Virus record (IMG/VR): IMGVR_UViG_3300031519_000192 | Location: 1 to 26,099 of that record | Direction: 5' to 3' (one strand) | Origin: a virus | Taxonomy: Duplodnaviria > Caudoviricetes | Length of the DNA stretch: 26,099 nt | In this document: positions 9,332 through 18,621 of the stretch, piece after piece | How positions within the stretch are numbered: the first letter of the stretch is position 1 | Layout of the letters: the number at the start of each line of letters is the position of its first letter | Position numbers and translations under genes: made by a program | Notes under the pieces: model-generated | Databases searched by the model: none | Seen by the model: only the letters and a program-made list of their open reading frames with translations | What the model was told of the DNA's origin: nothing

Positions 9332-9991
9332 TTAGTTTACTTTAGTTATTTTAATTGGAATAGTGATTCTTGCTCCACTGTCTCTTCCTATAATAGTTAT
9401 AGTGCTTGTTAAAGTATTAGAAGAAGCTCCGTATAACGTATTAATAGTAGTTCCTGAGATATTGATAGAAGTACCAATTACTGTTTTAGAAACATTAGTC
9501 CCTAAGGTTGTTGTTTGGTTTAGCCTTTCTGATTCAGATGTTTGTATTCCTACCCCTGTAAAGTTAGAAAGTAGTCTTACGTCAGCTATCATTACTGTGT
9601 ATCCGCTTGATTCATAAGCTTGTGATGTACCTAAGAAATTTAAAGTCTGAGGTGTAATCGTTAAAGATGCTCCTTGTTTTAATGTTATAGATGCATACCC
9701 TGCTTCTAGAATTGGTAACTTTGCAGTACCTCTTGGAAGTGTAGTAAGTTTATACTTCATTACTTGAGTCTCATCTGGAAATGCTTCTAATAGAGGCATG
9801 TTTTCGATTGCTTCACCGTAGTAAGCTGAACCTGAAGGATGAGAGGTGTTATACAGGGTATAATCTATTTCATCATCTGCAAGTGCAAACTGTGTAATAC
9901 GAAAAGACCCATCGCCTCTAGCGAGAAGTTCTCTTCCTTTTTTTGTTAAAATTGCGTCAACAGTGACGACTGAGTTATTAAGGTATCCCAT
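9332..9991 (-). CDS. Virion structural protein (baseplate-associated)
   Basis: 219-aa ORF. N-terminus DAILTKKGRELLARGDGSFRITQFALADDE resembles the first half of the DUF3751-like domain. Located in the tail module. Confidence 0.7.
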   Translation of the reverse strand: MGYLNNSVVTVDAILTKKGRELLARGDGSFRITQFALADDEIDYTLYNTSHPSGSAYYGEAIENMPLLEAFPDETQVMKYKLTTLPRGTAKLPILEAGYASITLKQGASLTITPQTLNFLGTSQAYESSGYTVMIADVRLLSNFTGVGIQTSESERLNQTTTLGTNVSKTVIGTSINISGTTINTLYGASSNTLTSTITIIGRDSGARITIPIKITKVN

Positions 9992-10010
9992 TTTTACACT
10001 TTTAATTTAT

Positions 10011-10018
10011 TATAAATA
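10011..10018 (-). promoter_or_regulatory. TATTTATA motif, putative late promoter
   Basis: 19 nt upstream of ATG 9991 in a 43-nt gap. Confidence 0.6.
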
Positions 10019-10034
10019 TATTGTTTTAAGCTTT

Positions 10035-11738
10035 TTATACAGAACACGTTGTACTTAATTCGGTTACGTATCCGTTTTGACTAGTTTTTAGTATTGTTCT
10101 ATTCTCCTTTACCCACACTTTCTTTGCTGTTATTGCTATTAACCTGTTCCCATCTATCTTAAATAACCTATTATCTATAAATCTAGAAACTATAGCATTT
10201 GTTGGGAAACTGTGACCGGCAGATTCATCAGCATAATCCCTAACTACGTTGATCTCTATTACCCCTAAAGTTGACTTTCTAACTGATGAGATTACTTGTA
10301 GGAGTTCTGTGTTTGTTCCATTAGTTACTCTTAAGATATCCCCCTGTGTTAACTGGTCAGCGAATTTAAAATCTCTTAGAGCAACATCTAATACTGTATC
10401 GGAAGCGCTAGATAATACATTGGATGCTACTATACTTCCTAATGTTGATATAGAAACTGTAGGTGATGTACTAGAGCCTATAAATAAAAAGTCTTCTAGC
10501 GTTCTATCACTTAGTGATTGTGAGCAAATAAATAAATCGTTATCCCCTATGTCGTAGATAGCTGCTTGAAAGGGTTGAGCTGCGATTGCTGGTTCGATAC
10601 CAGAGTAATCAGATGAATCTGTTTTAGTTCCTTTATATCTAGCGTTAACTATTCCGCTTGTAGTATAATTGGAGTCCTGCACAGATGCTTTGGGTGCGTA
10701 GGGTTGTTGGTCTTCATCAAAATCTTTATGAATACTTATGTTTAAAAAGTTTACTGATTCTGGGTTGTTAAGTAGCATTGATTCTACCAGTATTGTTTGA
10801 CTTATATCACTACTGGTTTGAACAGTGTTTAGTTGTTCTAATCTCATATGAATTAGACCGTTATATGATCCTGATGTAATTCTTAGATTTACCTTAGAGG
10901 TCGAAGAATTTGTAATTCCGTCTTCGTACACTTGTTCAGCTAACGGTATGGTTGTATTAACACCTGTACCAGATGCAAAATCTGCATTAGATGAGAAGCG
11001 AAGTGATAGGGTGCTTGTAACCTTTAAGCTTCCTCCATTTGAATGAAACGTTTTGTTTTCAAGTGAAATAACTGGTTTTTGTGGGAAACCTAATGCGGCG
11101 TTTGTTTCTTGTGGTCCTATTCTAAAGGTGAAGTCTTCATCATCCAGTACACTTACTGGGTCAGATGTTAGAAACCCTATAGAGGACTGTGCTGCTGGTG
11201 AGACTGCGTACCCTATTGCTGAGATCTGATCTATCTTTAAGCCTGCAGCAGTGTAGTTCATTTTACTTATAGTTGCTGTCTCTATACCTGCTACTGCATT
11301 ATAGTTAGACGGTTTTACTTGTCCACCTGTTCTATCTACATCGTACTTTAAAAAAGATTTTCTTGAAGTTTCAGCATTACTAATTAAAGCATTGTAATCA
11401 TTGTAAAAGAAAGTCTCGGTAAGATACGGTGCTACTGCTATAGGTGAAGCTATACTTTGAGAAACAGTATTAACTGTTGTGTCTACTACATCTAGAAAAT
11501 GGTACCCATCTTTTTGTTTTATTGAGGAGATTATTAATTCTGTGTTTCCTCCTGAGCCTGTTAAAGGAAGTGTTATTGTATCGAGCTCTGTTAAAGATAT
11601 AGCTATATTGTCACCATTAATATCTATATCAGATACAGTAATAGCTTTTACAACATCTTTGTTGTTTATTGTTTGATATAGGACCCTAATGGATCCGCTA
11701 TCTGGTGATTGATTTGCAAAAACTCCTTGACTTGGCAT
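10035..11738 (-). CDS. Hypothetical virion protein, 567 aa
   Basis: Long S/T-rich ORF in the baseplate cluster. A C-terminal module (GDILRV..ELLQV..VVRDY..SAGHS) resembles one in the giant fibre. Confidence 0.7.
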   Translation of the reverse strand: MPSQGVFANQSPDSGSIRVLYQTINNKDVVKAITVSDIDINGDNIAISLTELDTITLPLTGSGGNTELIISSIKQKDGYHFLDVVDTTVNTVSQSIASPIAVAPYLTETFFYNDYNALISNAETSRKSFLKYDVDRTGGQVKPSNYNAVAGIETATISKMNYTAAGLKIDQISAIGYAVSPAAQSSIGFLTSDPVSVLDDEDFTFRIGPQETNAALGFPQKPVISLENKTFHSNGGSLKVTSTLSLRFSSNADFASGTGVNTTIPLAEQVYEDGITNSSTSKVNLRITSGSYNGLIHMRLEQLNTVQTSSDISQTILVESMLLNNPESVNFLNISIHKDFDEDQQPYAPKASVQDSNYTTSGIVNARYKGTKTDSSDYSGIEPAIAAQPFQAAIYDIGDNDLFICSQSLSDRTLEDFLFIGSSTSPTVSISTLGSIVASNVLSSASDTVLDVALRDFKFADQLTQGDILRVTNGTNTELLQVISSVRKSTLGVIEINVVRDYADESAGHSFPTNAIVSRFIDNRLFKIDGNRLIAITAKKVWVKENRTILKTSQNGYVTELSTTCSV

Positions 11739-11748
11739 ATTATTTAAT

Positions 11749-11756
11749 TATAAATA
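11749..11756 (-). promoter_or_regulatory. TATTTATA motif, putative late promoter
   Basis: 10 nt upstream of ATG 11738 in a 44-nt gap. Confidence 0.6.
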
Positions 11757-11782
11757 GTATTAGTAAATATCTTGTTATTCTA

Positions 11783-14700
11783 TTATGTATATCCTTTTAC
11801 GTTATGCGATAGTATTCCATTAGAAATATACGTTTTAGCATATTCAACTGAGAATTTTATTACATCCCCTTCGTGGTAGTCTTCTACTCCCTTATATGCT
11901 TTACCGCTCAATATATCTCCATCTACTAATTCACGTGCAGGAATATACTCTGATCTATTATCAACATAGAATCTATGGTTAGGTGATACCACTATCTCCT
12001 CATCTCCAAATAGAATTTTTATTCTAAGACTAGTTAATACTTTCTTTTCATTAACTCTAGCATTAGTCCATTCTAGTGTTTTCTCTTGTTGGGTTTTTAT
12101 TTCATCTCCAACTCCTACATGCATAGCTTGTTTTTGAGAACCATCTCCCATTAAAATTAATGCAAAAGGTGCAACACAACCTCCACCTCCGGAACCGGAG
12201 TTTGTAGTTCCTTGCTGGTATATAGTATAATAGTCAACTGTTACATTGTTTATTTTAAGGTAAAAGGTTGATGTCCTTGAAGAGGAAGAGTAGTTTTGTT
12301 GAAAATATACTGGAACACTAGTATCGTTTCCTGTTCCGGATGATTGTTGAGGAAAAGTAAATGACTGGTTATCTGTTAGAGTCCAAGAGGAATTAGACGG
12401 TACTAGTGATTGTACTTTTAAGTACTTAGTTTGTGCGTATCTAGTGATAGTTGATGTACCACTTGCAATTGTTAAGTCCCCACTAACTACTGTTAGTGTT
12501 GCTGTATCTGTTACAGGACCACCTGCATTACCTGCTTGATCTGTTATTGTTACTGTAGCGGTTACTGTTCCGTTATTAATAGTACTAAGGTGAAATAGGT
12601 TTAAATAGAACTCTTTAGTTGGAGTATTATTTAATGAGTTATCAATAGCCTTAGTAGTGGAGTATGAGCCTCCTCCAGAAGATGTTAATGTAAGCCCAAT
12701 TGTACCTTGTGTCCCGTTAGATATTCCTTCTACTCTAACGTACATATTTTTTTCACTGTAAGATGTTGCTTCTGTTCCGTATGTGCTTGAAGTATAGAAT
12801 TTAACACTGTACCCGGATGGGCTAGTTACGTTTTTAAAACTTGCTGTTAATGATGAAAAACCTCCTGAATAGACTGTTGCTGGAAGACCTACGTTTCCGG
12901 CTTGGTCAACTAGCTTAATATTTAATAGTACATTTGGTCCATCAGCAATGTCTGTAGTGTCTATTGTACCTCCGTTATAGGAGTTGTATATAGTACCTGT
13001 GGTATACGCTACTTCTGTAGGATCTGCTGCTAGTGAAGCTGTTGCTTGGTATGTATCTCCTGGTGTAACACCGTACATTGTGAATGGTACAGCTGTATAG
13101 TTAGTAGCGTTAATATTAGATGTATTCCAAGTGGCTGTGTAACCGGATGGTGCAGTTGTATCAAAATCTTGGCAATTTGTTATTTGTCCTACGTATCCAT
13201 CATTTCCTCCGGTAGATCCAGAAACGTTTATAGTCTTACCATTTTGCATTCTGTACCACTTATCACCGGTAGTTCCTGTGAATGTATTAGCTCCTGCTAT
13301 GTCTGTAAATATAAATGTACCTATAGTAGCAGGGTAGCTGCCGGTATCATTGTGGTACAGTGTAGAGAGTGTAGGGCTTGATATAGCACAGGCTGCAGTT
13401 GCGGTTGCTTGAGGACTTGGGTCCATAAGGAATGAAGTATATGTAGCTCCTGAACCTTCGTTAATTTTTAATATATCATAATTAAGAGCTGGAACTTTAA
13501 CGTGTTTAAATTTATTCTGGCTATTTAATTCCCCGTTTGTAATTTCTATTATACTCCCGCTTAGCTCTCCATTTAATTTAGGAGATTCATCCTCTACCCA
13601 TCTTCTTACTGAACCTGAAAGTGTAGGGATGTCCTGTTTATGTATTGTTGTCTTTTGTCCAGTTATAATAGAAGACAGGGGTTTAGTGTAGTTAGAAAAT
13701 CTAGTTAATAAATCTGTTTCTGCTTCTAATGTAAATCCTGCAATAAGTACGTCGTTTGCTAAAGGAGTAAAGGAGGCAGATACATTACCATTGTTACCTC
13801 TTGCAACCCAACTGTTTTGACCGTGAGGACTGTAATCTACAGGTACAATGTGAGGGTGTTGGCTAGCAAGGTTAAGAGCGTTAAATCTAACATTTTGGGA
13901 TTCACTAGTAAACATTAAATAGAAGTCTACATCTGTACTGACTGCTCCTTCATAAGGAGTAAATACGTTGTTGTATTTATCTTCGAATGTATATAAATTT
14001 CCATCTGGGTGGTAAAATTCAGTACCTGTTATTTGGATTTCTCCTGGGTTTGGGTTAGTTGGGGAAATGAAGTCTGGTTTGTATACAATATTACTTCTTC
14101 CTCCAACATGAGAAGGCCAATGCGCTTCTATATTTTTCTGTGTAGCTGCCTTGTTTCTTACAGTATCATATACTCCTCCGTCTGACCCGGTTACAAAAGC
14201 AGTATCGATTGATCCATTATATTCTGGTCTGGTACCGCTTAATTTAGGAGACTTAATCTTGGATCTATCTAAAAGGTTAGGTTTTATTATTATACCTGTA
14301 TCAAGAGTTCCTTTTGCTGGAATGAAATCTTTAATCATTTTAAAGATAACATTATCATAAAATTTAAGTATCCTTACGAAGTCATTTAGTTGGAATCTTT
14401 CCACGTTAGTACTAAGTAAGTTAGAAGCAAATTTATCTAAGTTACCATAAGAACTATTATAAAGATCCTGCGGTTCTCCTATATAATCATCAATAGAGAA
14501 TGTACTGTCTACTTGTGCTATTATATAAGCGTTGACACTGTCAGATGGAGAGAATCCCACTTCTATCCTGTGTGTATCAGATGTTCTTTCTGTTTCTGTT
14601 TTCTGTATAGATTTAAATTTAGATAAAACGTTACCAACTGAGCCACTAGCTCTAGTTTCCACTCTTACTTTATCAGCAGAATCTTTTTTATCTTGTTCAT

Positions 14701-16432
14701 AGCCGAAAAACTTAGATGATTCTATATCACTACCTCCGTACTGTTTAATAGATAAGAAGTCAGCAGGGATACCGAAGCAATTAATAAGTGCTCTAAGCCC
14801 TCTTTGAGTCCCCTTAGTTTTTAAAAGAAATGGTAGATTGTGGTAAATTCTTTTGTACAAATCACCTTCGTACTCTTTTCTTGAAGCAGGCTGTAGATCT
14901 GTAGATATACCAGGAACTGTTGTGAATGTATTTACTACCTCTTCACTGCTACCACTATCGTAACTATCTGCTATAAGGTACTTAAATAAATCATCTGAGC
15001 CTTCTGTAGAGTTGTATAATTTAGTACCAAAACTAGCTAATACCTCTCTAACAAGGTCTTTTGATATACCTACGTCTGCTCTGTTGTCGTTATCGTATTT
15101 GTCTGTTATTGCTCTTGTATAGATCCATAGATTATCAAAATGTTGACCAATCATATCTACAAAGAGTATTGCATTACTATTGTTAGTATCTTCTGCTATA
15201 TAGGAAGGTAGGGTGGCAGAAAGTACATCATAGTTAGATGTATCGTAGTTAGAGGCACTATTTAGTTGAGATGTATACCAGTCACTACTTATTGATGAAG
15301 TAGAGTGCAGGTTTACAAAAGGTTTTGATGTTGTTGATTTAGGCCAAGAGTAAGAGCTGCTTGTGAAGTATAGTTCCTTTTCGTAGTGATCAAAATTATT
15401 TACTATACCTTTAATAAGGTTATCGAACTTTACTAAACTACCTGAGCTATTAGCAGAGTTGGTTATCTGTGTTTTACTTGCGTCGTAGTTCTCTAGGAGT
15501 TGAAGTTTATATTTAAAGTTTTTTAATCTTTCTTGAGCTGATGAGAAGTGTATAAAGTTTTCATAGTCAGAGTAATCTATGTTTATAGCTACACTGCTTT
15601 CTTTTATATATGAGTATATCTCCCTATTACTATTAGCTGTGCTAAAGCTAAATAATTCATCGTAATTAAAGTACTCTGTTGGCACAGGGTTATTATCTTC
15701 AAGTTCAATGTTAAAGTTTGCTCCTTTAAGTCTTGGACCAGTTTCTATTTCATCTTGTACTTCTACCTGTACTTCTACAACTATAGAATCACTTACTTTT
15801 TCTACAAGCTGTACTTCTTGTTTTAAGTTATACTGCTTTGGAAGTGGTTCATAAAGTTTTATTGCAATTGTAAACTTATCGTCTAACTCGTAAACATCAA
15901 TATTAGTTACTATATATAGATCATTCTCTCCAAGATTTAACCAGAACTCTTCAAAATAAGCTTTACTTTTTAAAGCACCCTTTAACGTCTCTGTTTTGTT
16001 AATTAATGTATTAACATCTAATGAGTCTGTATAAAGAAGTAATTCTTTTCTATCCTGTGAGATAGTGTTAATAAAAAGCTGTTGCTTAGTATTAGTATTT
16101 GTATATAAATCGTTTAAAAAGTGATAGACTATCTTATGGTCTACACCTGTAAACCCATTGTCTATTGAAAGCTTTTCTGGTTGTAAATCTAAGTTAGTAA
16201 TACGTCCTTCTGCATCAATCTCTACATTTGTAGATAAATCTTGATCGTAGACAGAAAATACCTTTTGGTTATTTAATGTGTAAAAGTGGCTCTCTATATA
16301 GTTGGTATCTGGGTTAAACGCTTTATTAACTTGATAATTCTCTATAAGGTTAAGGTCCCCAGAAGAGTAATTTTCATTCTCTGGGATAGAATCATATTCT
16401 CTATCTAGTAATGTATATGTAATTTTAGCCAT
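11783..16432 (-). CDS. Large baseplate wedge-like protein (P2 gpI/T4 gp7-like core) with C-terminal Ig-like repeats, BACON-like domain and Hint domain
   Basis: 1549 aa. LLKTKGTQRGLRALINCFGIP (~14765-14825) is a gpI-like KGT motif. Two Ig-like repeats run DTTAPSGY/NVTSPSGY...DQAGN. A BACON-like W..SSGTGN..V...N...SRT.....IYQQG segment precedes the Hint domain. Confidence 0.75.
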   Translation of the reverse strand: MAKITYTLLDREYDSIPENENYSSGDLNLIENYQVNKAFNPDTNYIESHFYTLNNQKVFSVYDQDLSTNVEIDAEGRITNLDLQPEKLSIDNGFTGVDHKIVYHFLNDLYTNTNTKQQLFINTISQDRKELLLYTDSLDVNTLINKTETLKGALKSKAYFEEFWLNLGENDLYIVTNIDVYELDDKFTIAIKLYEPLPKQYNLKQEVQLVEKVSDSIVVEVQVEVQDEIETGPRLKGANFNIELEDNNPVPTEYFNYDELFSFSTANSNREIYSYIKESSVAINIDYSDYENFIHFSSAQERLKNFKYKLQLLENYDASKTQITNSANSSGSLVKFDNLIKGIVNNFDHYEKELYFTSSSYSWPKSTTSKPFVNLHSTSSISSDWYTSQLNSASNYDTSNYDVLSATLPSYIAEDTNNSNAILFVDMIGQHFDNLWIYTRAITDKYDNDNRADVGISKDLVREVLASFGTKLYNSTEGSDDLFKYLIADSYDSGSSEEVVNTFTTVPGISTDLQPASRKEYEGDLYKRIYHNLPFLLKTKGTQRGLRALINCFGIPADFLSIKQYGGSDIESSKFFGYEQDKKDSADKVRVETRASGSVGNVLSKFKSIQKTETERTSDTHRIEVGFSPSDSVNAYIIAQVDSTFSIDDYIGEPQDLYNSSYGNLDKFASNLLSTNVERFQLNDFVRILKFYDNVIFKMIKDFIPAKGTLDTGIIIKPNLLDRSKIKSPKLSGTRPEYNGSIDTAFVTGSDGGVYDTVRNKAATQKNIEAHWPSHVGGRSNIVYKPDFISPTNPNPGEIQITGTEFYHPDGNLYTFEDKYNNVFTPYEGAVSTDVDFYLMFTSESQNVRFNALNLASQHPHIVPVDYSPHGQNSWVARGNNGNVSASFTPLANDVLIAGFTLEAETDLLTRFSNYTKPLSSIITGQKTTIHKQDIPTLSGSVRRWVEDESPKLNGELSGSIIEITNGELNSQNKFKHVKVPALNYDILKINEGSGATYTSFLMDPSPQATATAACAISSPTLSTLYHNDTGSYPATIGTFIFTDIAGANTFTGTTGDKWYRMQNGKTINVSGSTGGNDGYVGQITNCQDFDTTAPSGYTATWNTSNINATNYTAVPFTMYGVTPGDTYQATASLAADPTEVAYTTGTIYNSYNGGTIDTTDIADGPNVLLNIKLVDQAGNVGLPATVYSGGFSSLTASFKNVTSPSGYSVKFYTSSTYGTEATSYSEKNMYVRVEGISNGTQGTIGLTLTSSGGGSYSTTKAIDNSLNNTPTKEFYLNLFHLSTINNGTVTATVTITDQAGNAGGPVTDTATLTVVSGDLTIASGTSTITRYAQTKYLKVQSLVPSNSSWTLTDNQSFTFPQQSSGTGNDTSVPVYFQQNYSSSSRTSTFYLKINNVTVDYYTIYQQGTTNSGSGGGGCVAPFALILMGDGSQKQAMHVGVGDEIKTQQEKTLEWTNARVNEKKVLTSLRIKILFGDEEIVVSPNHRFYVDNRSEYIPARELVDGDILSGKAYKGVEDYHEGDVIKFSVEYAKTYISNGILSHNVKGYT
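11801..12178 (-). other. Hint (intein-like) autoprocessing domain, ~126 aa, no endonuclease
   Basis: Block A: C1419-VAPFALILMGDGS..VGDEI. Block B: IVVSPNHRF. Blocks F/G: VIKFSVEYAKTYISNGILSHN(1544). Followed only by VKGYT-stop. Confidence 0.85.
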
Positions 16433-16459
16433 ATTTTCTTAACTCTATTTTATTGTAAT

Positions 16460-17458
16460 CTATGTTACGATATTATAACCTGCTTTAGGGTCTTTTTCAC
16501 TATCTCTATACTCTATAAGTCTCATACGGACATTTCCTCTAAAGTTACCTAGACTCTCTACTGCTCCTATTATCTCGTCAGCTTTATACCCTGCTGTCTC
16601 TAAGTTATTAGTAATGTAAGCCATTGTTAATCGTCTTGCATCATCTAAATTATCAAATAACATTCTAAATCTATACTTACCCTGGTAGCTTCTATCTCCT
16701 GTATCTTCTACTAACCAGGAGTATTTCTGTACTCCATTTAGAAAACCGTGATATCCGTAGTTCCAACTGTTATTCCTCCTTGTAAAGGCATTATTGTAGT
16801 ACTTCTTTTCGCTTAGTAATCGTTTAGCATGGTAGTACTCTGTATTTTTCTTATTAAATAAGGCAACCACTTCTTTTATATATTTACCGCTTGTACTGTT
16901 ATCGGCTGTTGATTGTGCTTCTGATGCTTGTTCTGATGCTGCTTGTGCAGCAGTGGCGGCAGCTTCTGCAGCGGCAGTTGCGGCTGATTGTGCTTGAGTA
17001 GTTGCTTGGTTGGCTAAAGTGTTTGCTGTTTCTAGTGATGCTATAGCTTGATTAGCAGTGTCAAGTTGGGTGCGTAGCAATGCCATTTGTTCTCCATCGC
17101 TAAAGTTGATTTCTCCTCCATTAGCCAATTGCATTTCTAACTCTAATATACGTCTATTGCCTTCTAAGTTTTGAGTACGTAAAGAAGCAATTTCATCTAA
17201 AAGTGGCTGTATGCTTTCTAGTTGAACATCTATTTTATATAGCTCTGAACTTCTTTCTACTAGATACTGATGTGTTTGTTCTTCTCCTTCGATTGGTATT
17301 AACGCATACAGCTTATCATAAAGTCTAAATAACTCTTGAACAGTATCCGGATCTGTAACAGGTTCTGGTTCTGTAAAGAACCTAAACTTGCTATCAATGA
17401 CCCCATCAAATTCCTTTCGGTTAAATACAGTCTTTTTTATTTCTACTTTTCTAGCCAT
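16460..17458 (-). CDS. Hypothetical protein with central coiled-coil and Ala/Gln-rich stretch
   Basis: 332-aa ORF overlapping the upstream gene by 8 nt. Contains heptad-like LQPLLDEIASLRTQNLE-type sequence and QAQSAATAAAEAAATAAQAA. Confidence 0.7.
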   Translation of the reverse strand: MARKVEIKKTVFNRKEFDGVIDSKFRFFTEPEPVTDPDTVQELFRLYDKLYALIPIEGEEQTHQYLVERSSELYKIDVQLESIQPLLDEIASLRTQNLEGNRRILELEMQLANGGEINFSDGEQMALLRTQLDTANQAIASLETANTLANQATTQAQSAATAAAEAAATAAQAASEQASEAQSTADNSTSGKYIKEVVALFNKKNTEYYHAKRLLSEKKYYNNAFTRRNNSWNYGYHGFLNGVQKYSWLVEDTGDRSYQGKYRFRMLFDNLDDARRLTMAYITNNLETAGYKADEIIGAVESLGNFRGNVRMRLIEYRDSEKDPKAGYNIVT

Positions 17459-18620
17459 TTCTTACTACCTTGAATATTTGATCATTATCAATTACAGTTG
17501 TTGTTCCGTCTATTTCTGTCTTAACTAAGAGTTTATAGTACCTTTCTGGCTGAAGTCCATCCATATATATGTCAAAATAGTTAGAGGTATTATCAGCACT
17601 TATTTTTGTATATGTAGTATCAAAATCGAATACCATTTCTTCTGTATTCTCATCCCTTAATCCCCAATATGATGCAGTAGGGAGTGTGTAGTTGGAGGTA
17701 TAAGCAGAAGAGGTTGTGTACGTACGGGTCGGGTATTTCGGTCTAGCATGTATTCTAAAACGTTGTTTACCTTCATCTGTATATTTACCTTTATTATTCC
17801 GTATAGTTACTACTGCTTCGGTGTCTGTTATTTCAGTTAAAGAAGATGTATGTGCGTAATCATCCCATTTTATCTCTAAGTACGGAGGGTAAATAGTATT
17901 TGTATCTTCTCCGTAGTACTTTAATCTTACTGATGACGATACATTATATTCTAAGCTGTTAGGCATTTTAACTATAAAGCCGTAGTTAGGAATATAATCA
18001 TTTGTTTGGTATTGAATTGCGTTAGTAAGATCTACATCTAAATCGTGGTCTGAGTTCTTAGTGAAAGCAGCACTTCCTGAAAGAATTACTGGAGCTGAAC
18101 CAGTTGTAAAGTAGTAGTACCCTCCTCCTCTAAGACTGTCTTTATATGAACCTGTAGTAAATAAATGATTTTCAGTTAATGTAAAGCCGTTACCGGTACT
18201 TGATGTTAAATTCTCACTCCCTGTTGTCCAACGAGTTGTAGTACCTGCTACTTTATAGTTCCAGCTACATCCTGATTTATTTATAGGCATATCTCCGAAT
18301 TGACCTGTGCCTTCATCCCAAGCTTCTGCTAAAGGGTGGACGTTGAGCGAATACTCAATCGGTAATTCAGCTGCATAATTTAATGATAAATGTAAGCTAG
18401 CAGAGTAGCCTGTTGTTGACGGAAGTGTTATCCCTACTTTGTTAGTTAATACTGATTTAACTTCTGCTAAATCAAATTGAATTAAAGACCTAACTGTTTG
18501 CCCTCCGGCAGATGTTGGATAACCTCCTACTTCAAGAAGTGCGTCTCTACCTGTGTTAGCTAATGGACCTTCTGTGTAAATAAAAGCGTCTTTTTCAGGA
18601 AATATTCTATATAGTGCCAT
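17451..18620 (-). CDS. Virion protein with N-terminal DNRLRE (disaggregatase-related, carbohydrate-binding-like) domain
   Basis: KDAFIY..P.ANTG...LLEVG......RSLIQFDL...SASLHL...HPLAEAWDEG...NYGFIVK...PYLEIKW follows the DNRLRE-domain pattern. Confidence 0.6.
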   Translation of the reverse strand: MALYRIFPEKDAFIYTEGPLANTGRDALLEVGGYPTSAGGQTVRSLIQFDLAEVKSVLTNKVGITLPSTTGYSASLHLSLNYAAELPIEYSLNVHPLAEAWDEGTGQFGDMPINKSGCSWNYKVAGTTTRWTTGSENLTSSTGNGFTLTENHLFTTGSYKDSLRGGGYYYFTTGSAPVILSGSAAFTKNSDHDLDVDLTNAIQYQTNDYIPNYGFIVKMPNSLEYNVSSSVRLKYYGEDTNTIYPPYLEIKWDDYAHTSSLTEITDTEAVVTIRNNKGKYTDEGKQRFRIHARPKYPTRTYTTSSAYTSNYTLPTASYWGLRDENTEEMVFDFDTTYTKISADNTSNYFDIYMDGLQPERYYKLLVKTEIDGTTTVIDNDQIFKVVRNG

Positions 18621-18621
18621 A

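Noticed and set aside
7516-10486. In-gene TATTTATA copies at 7516-7523 and 10479-10486
   Set aside because: Inside coding sequence and far from starts, so plausibly chance in AT-rich DNA; an internal promoter at 7516 cannot be excluded.
11801-12178. Canonical selfish intein
   Set aside because: No C/S/T at +1, only a 5-aa C-extein, no homing endonuclease, and it is not inserted in a conserved enzyme core.
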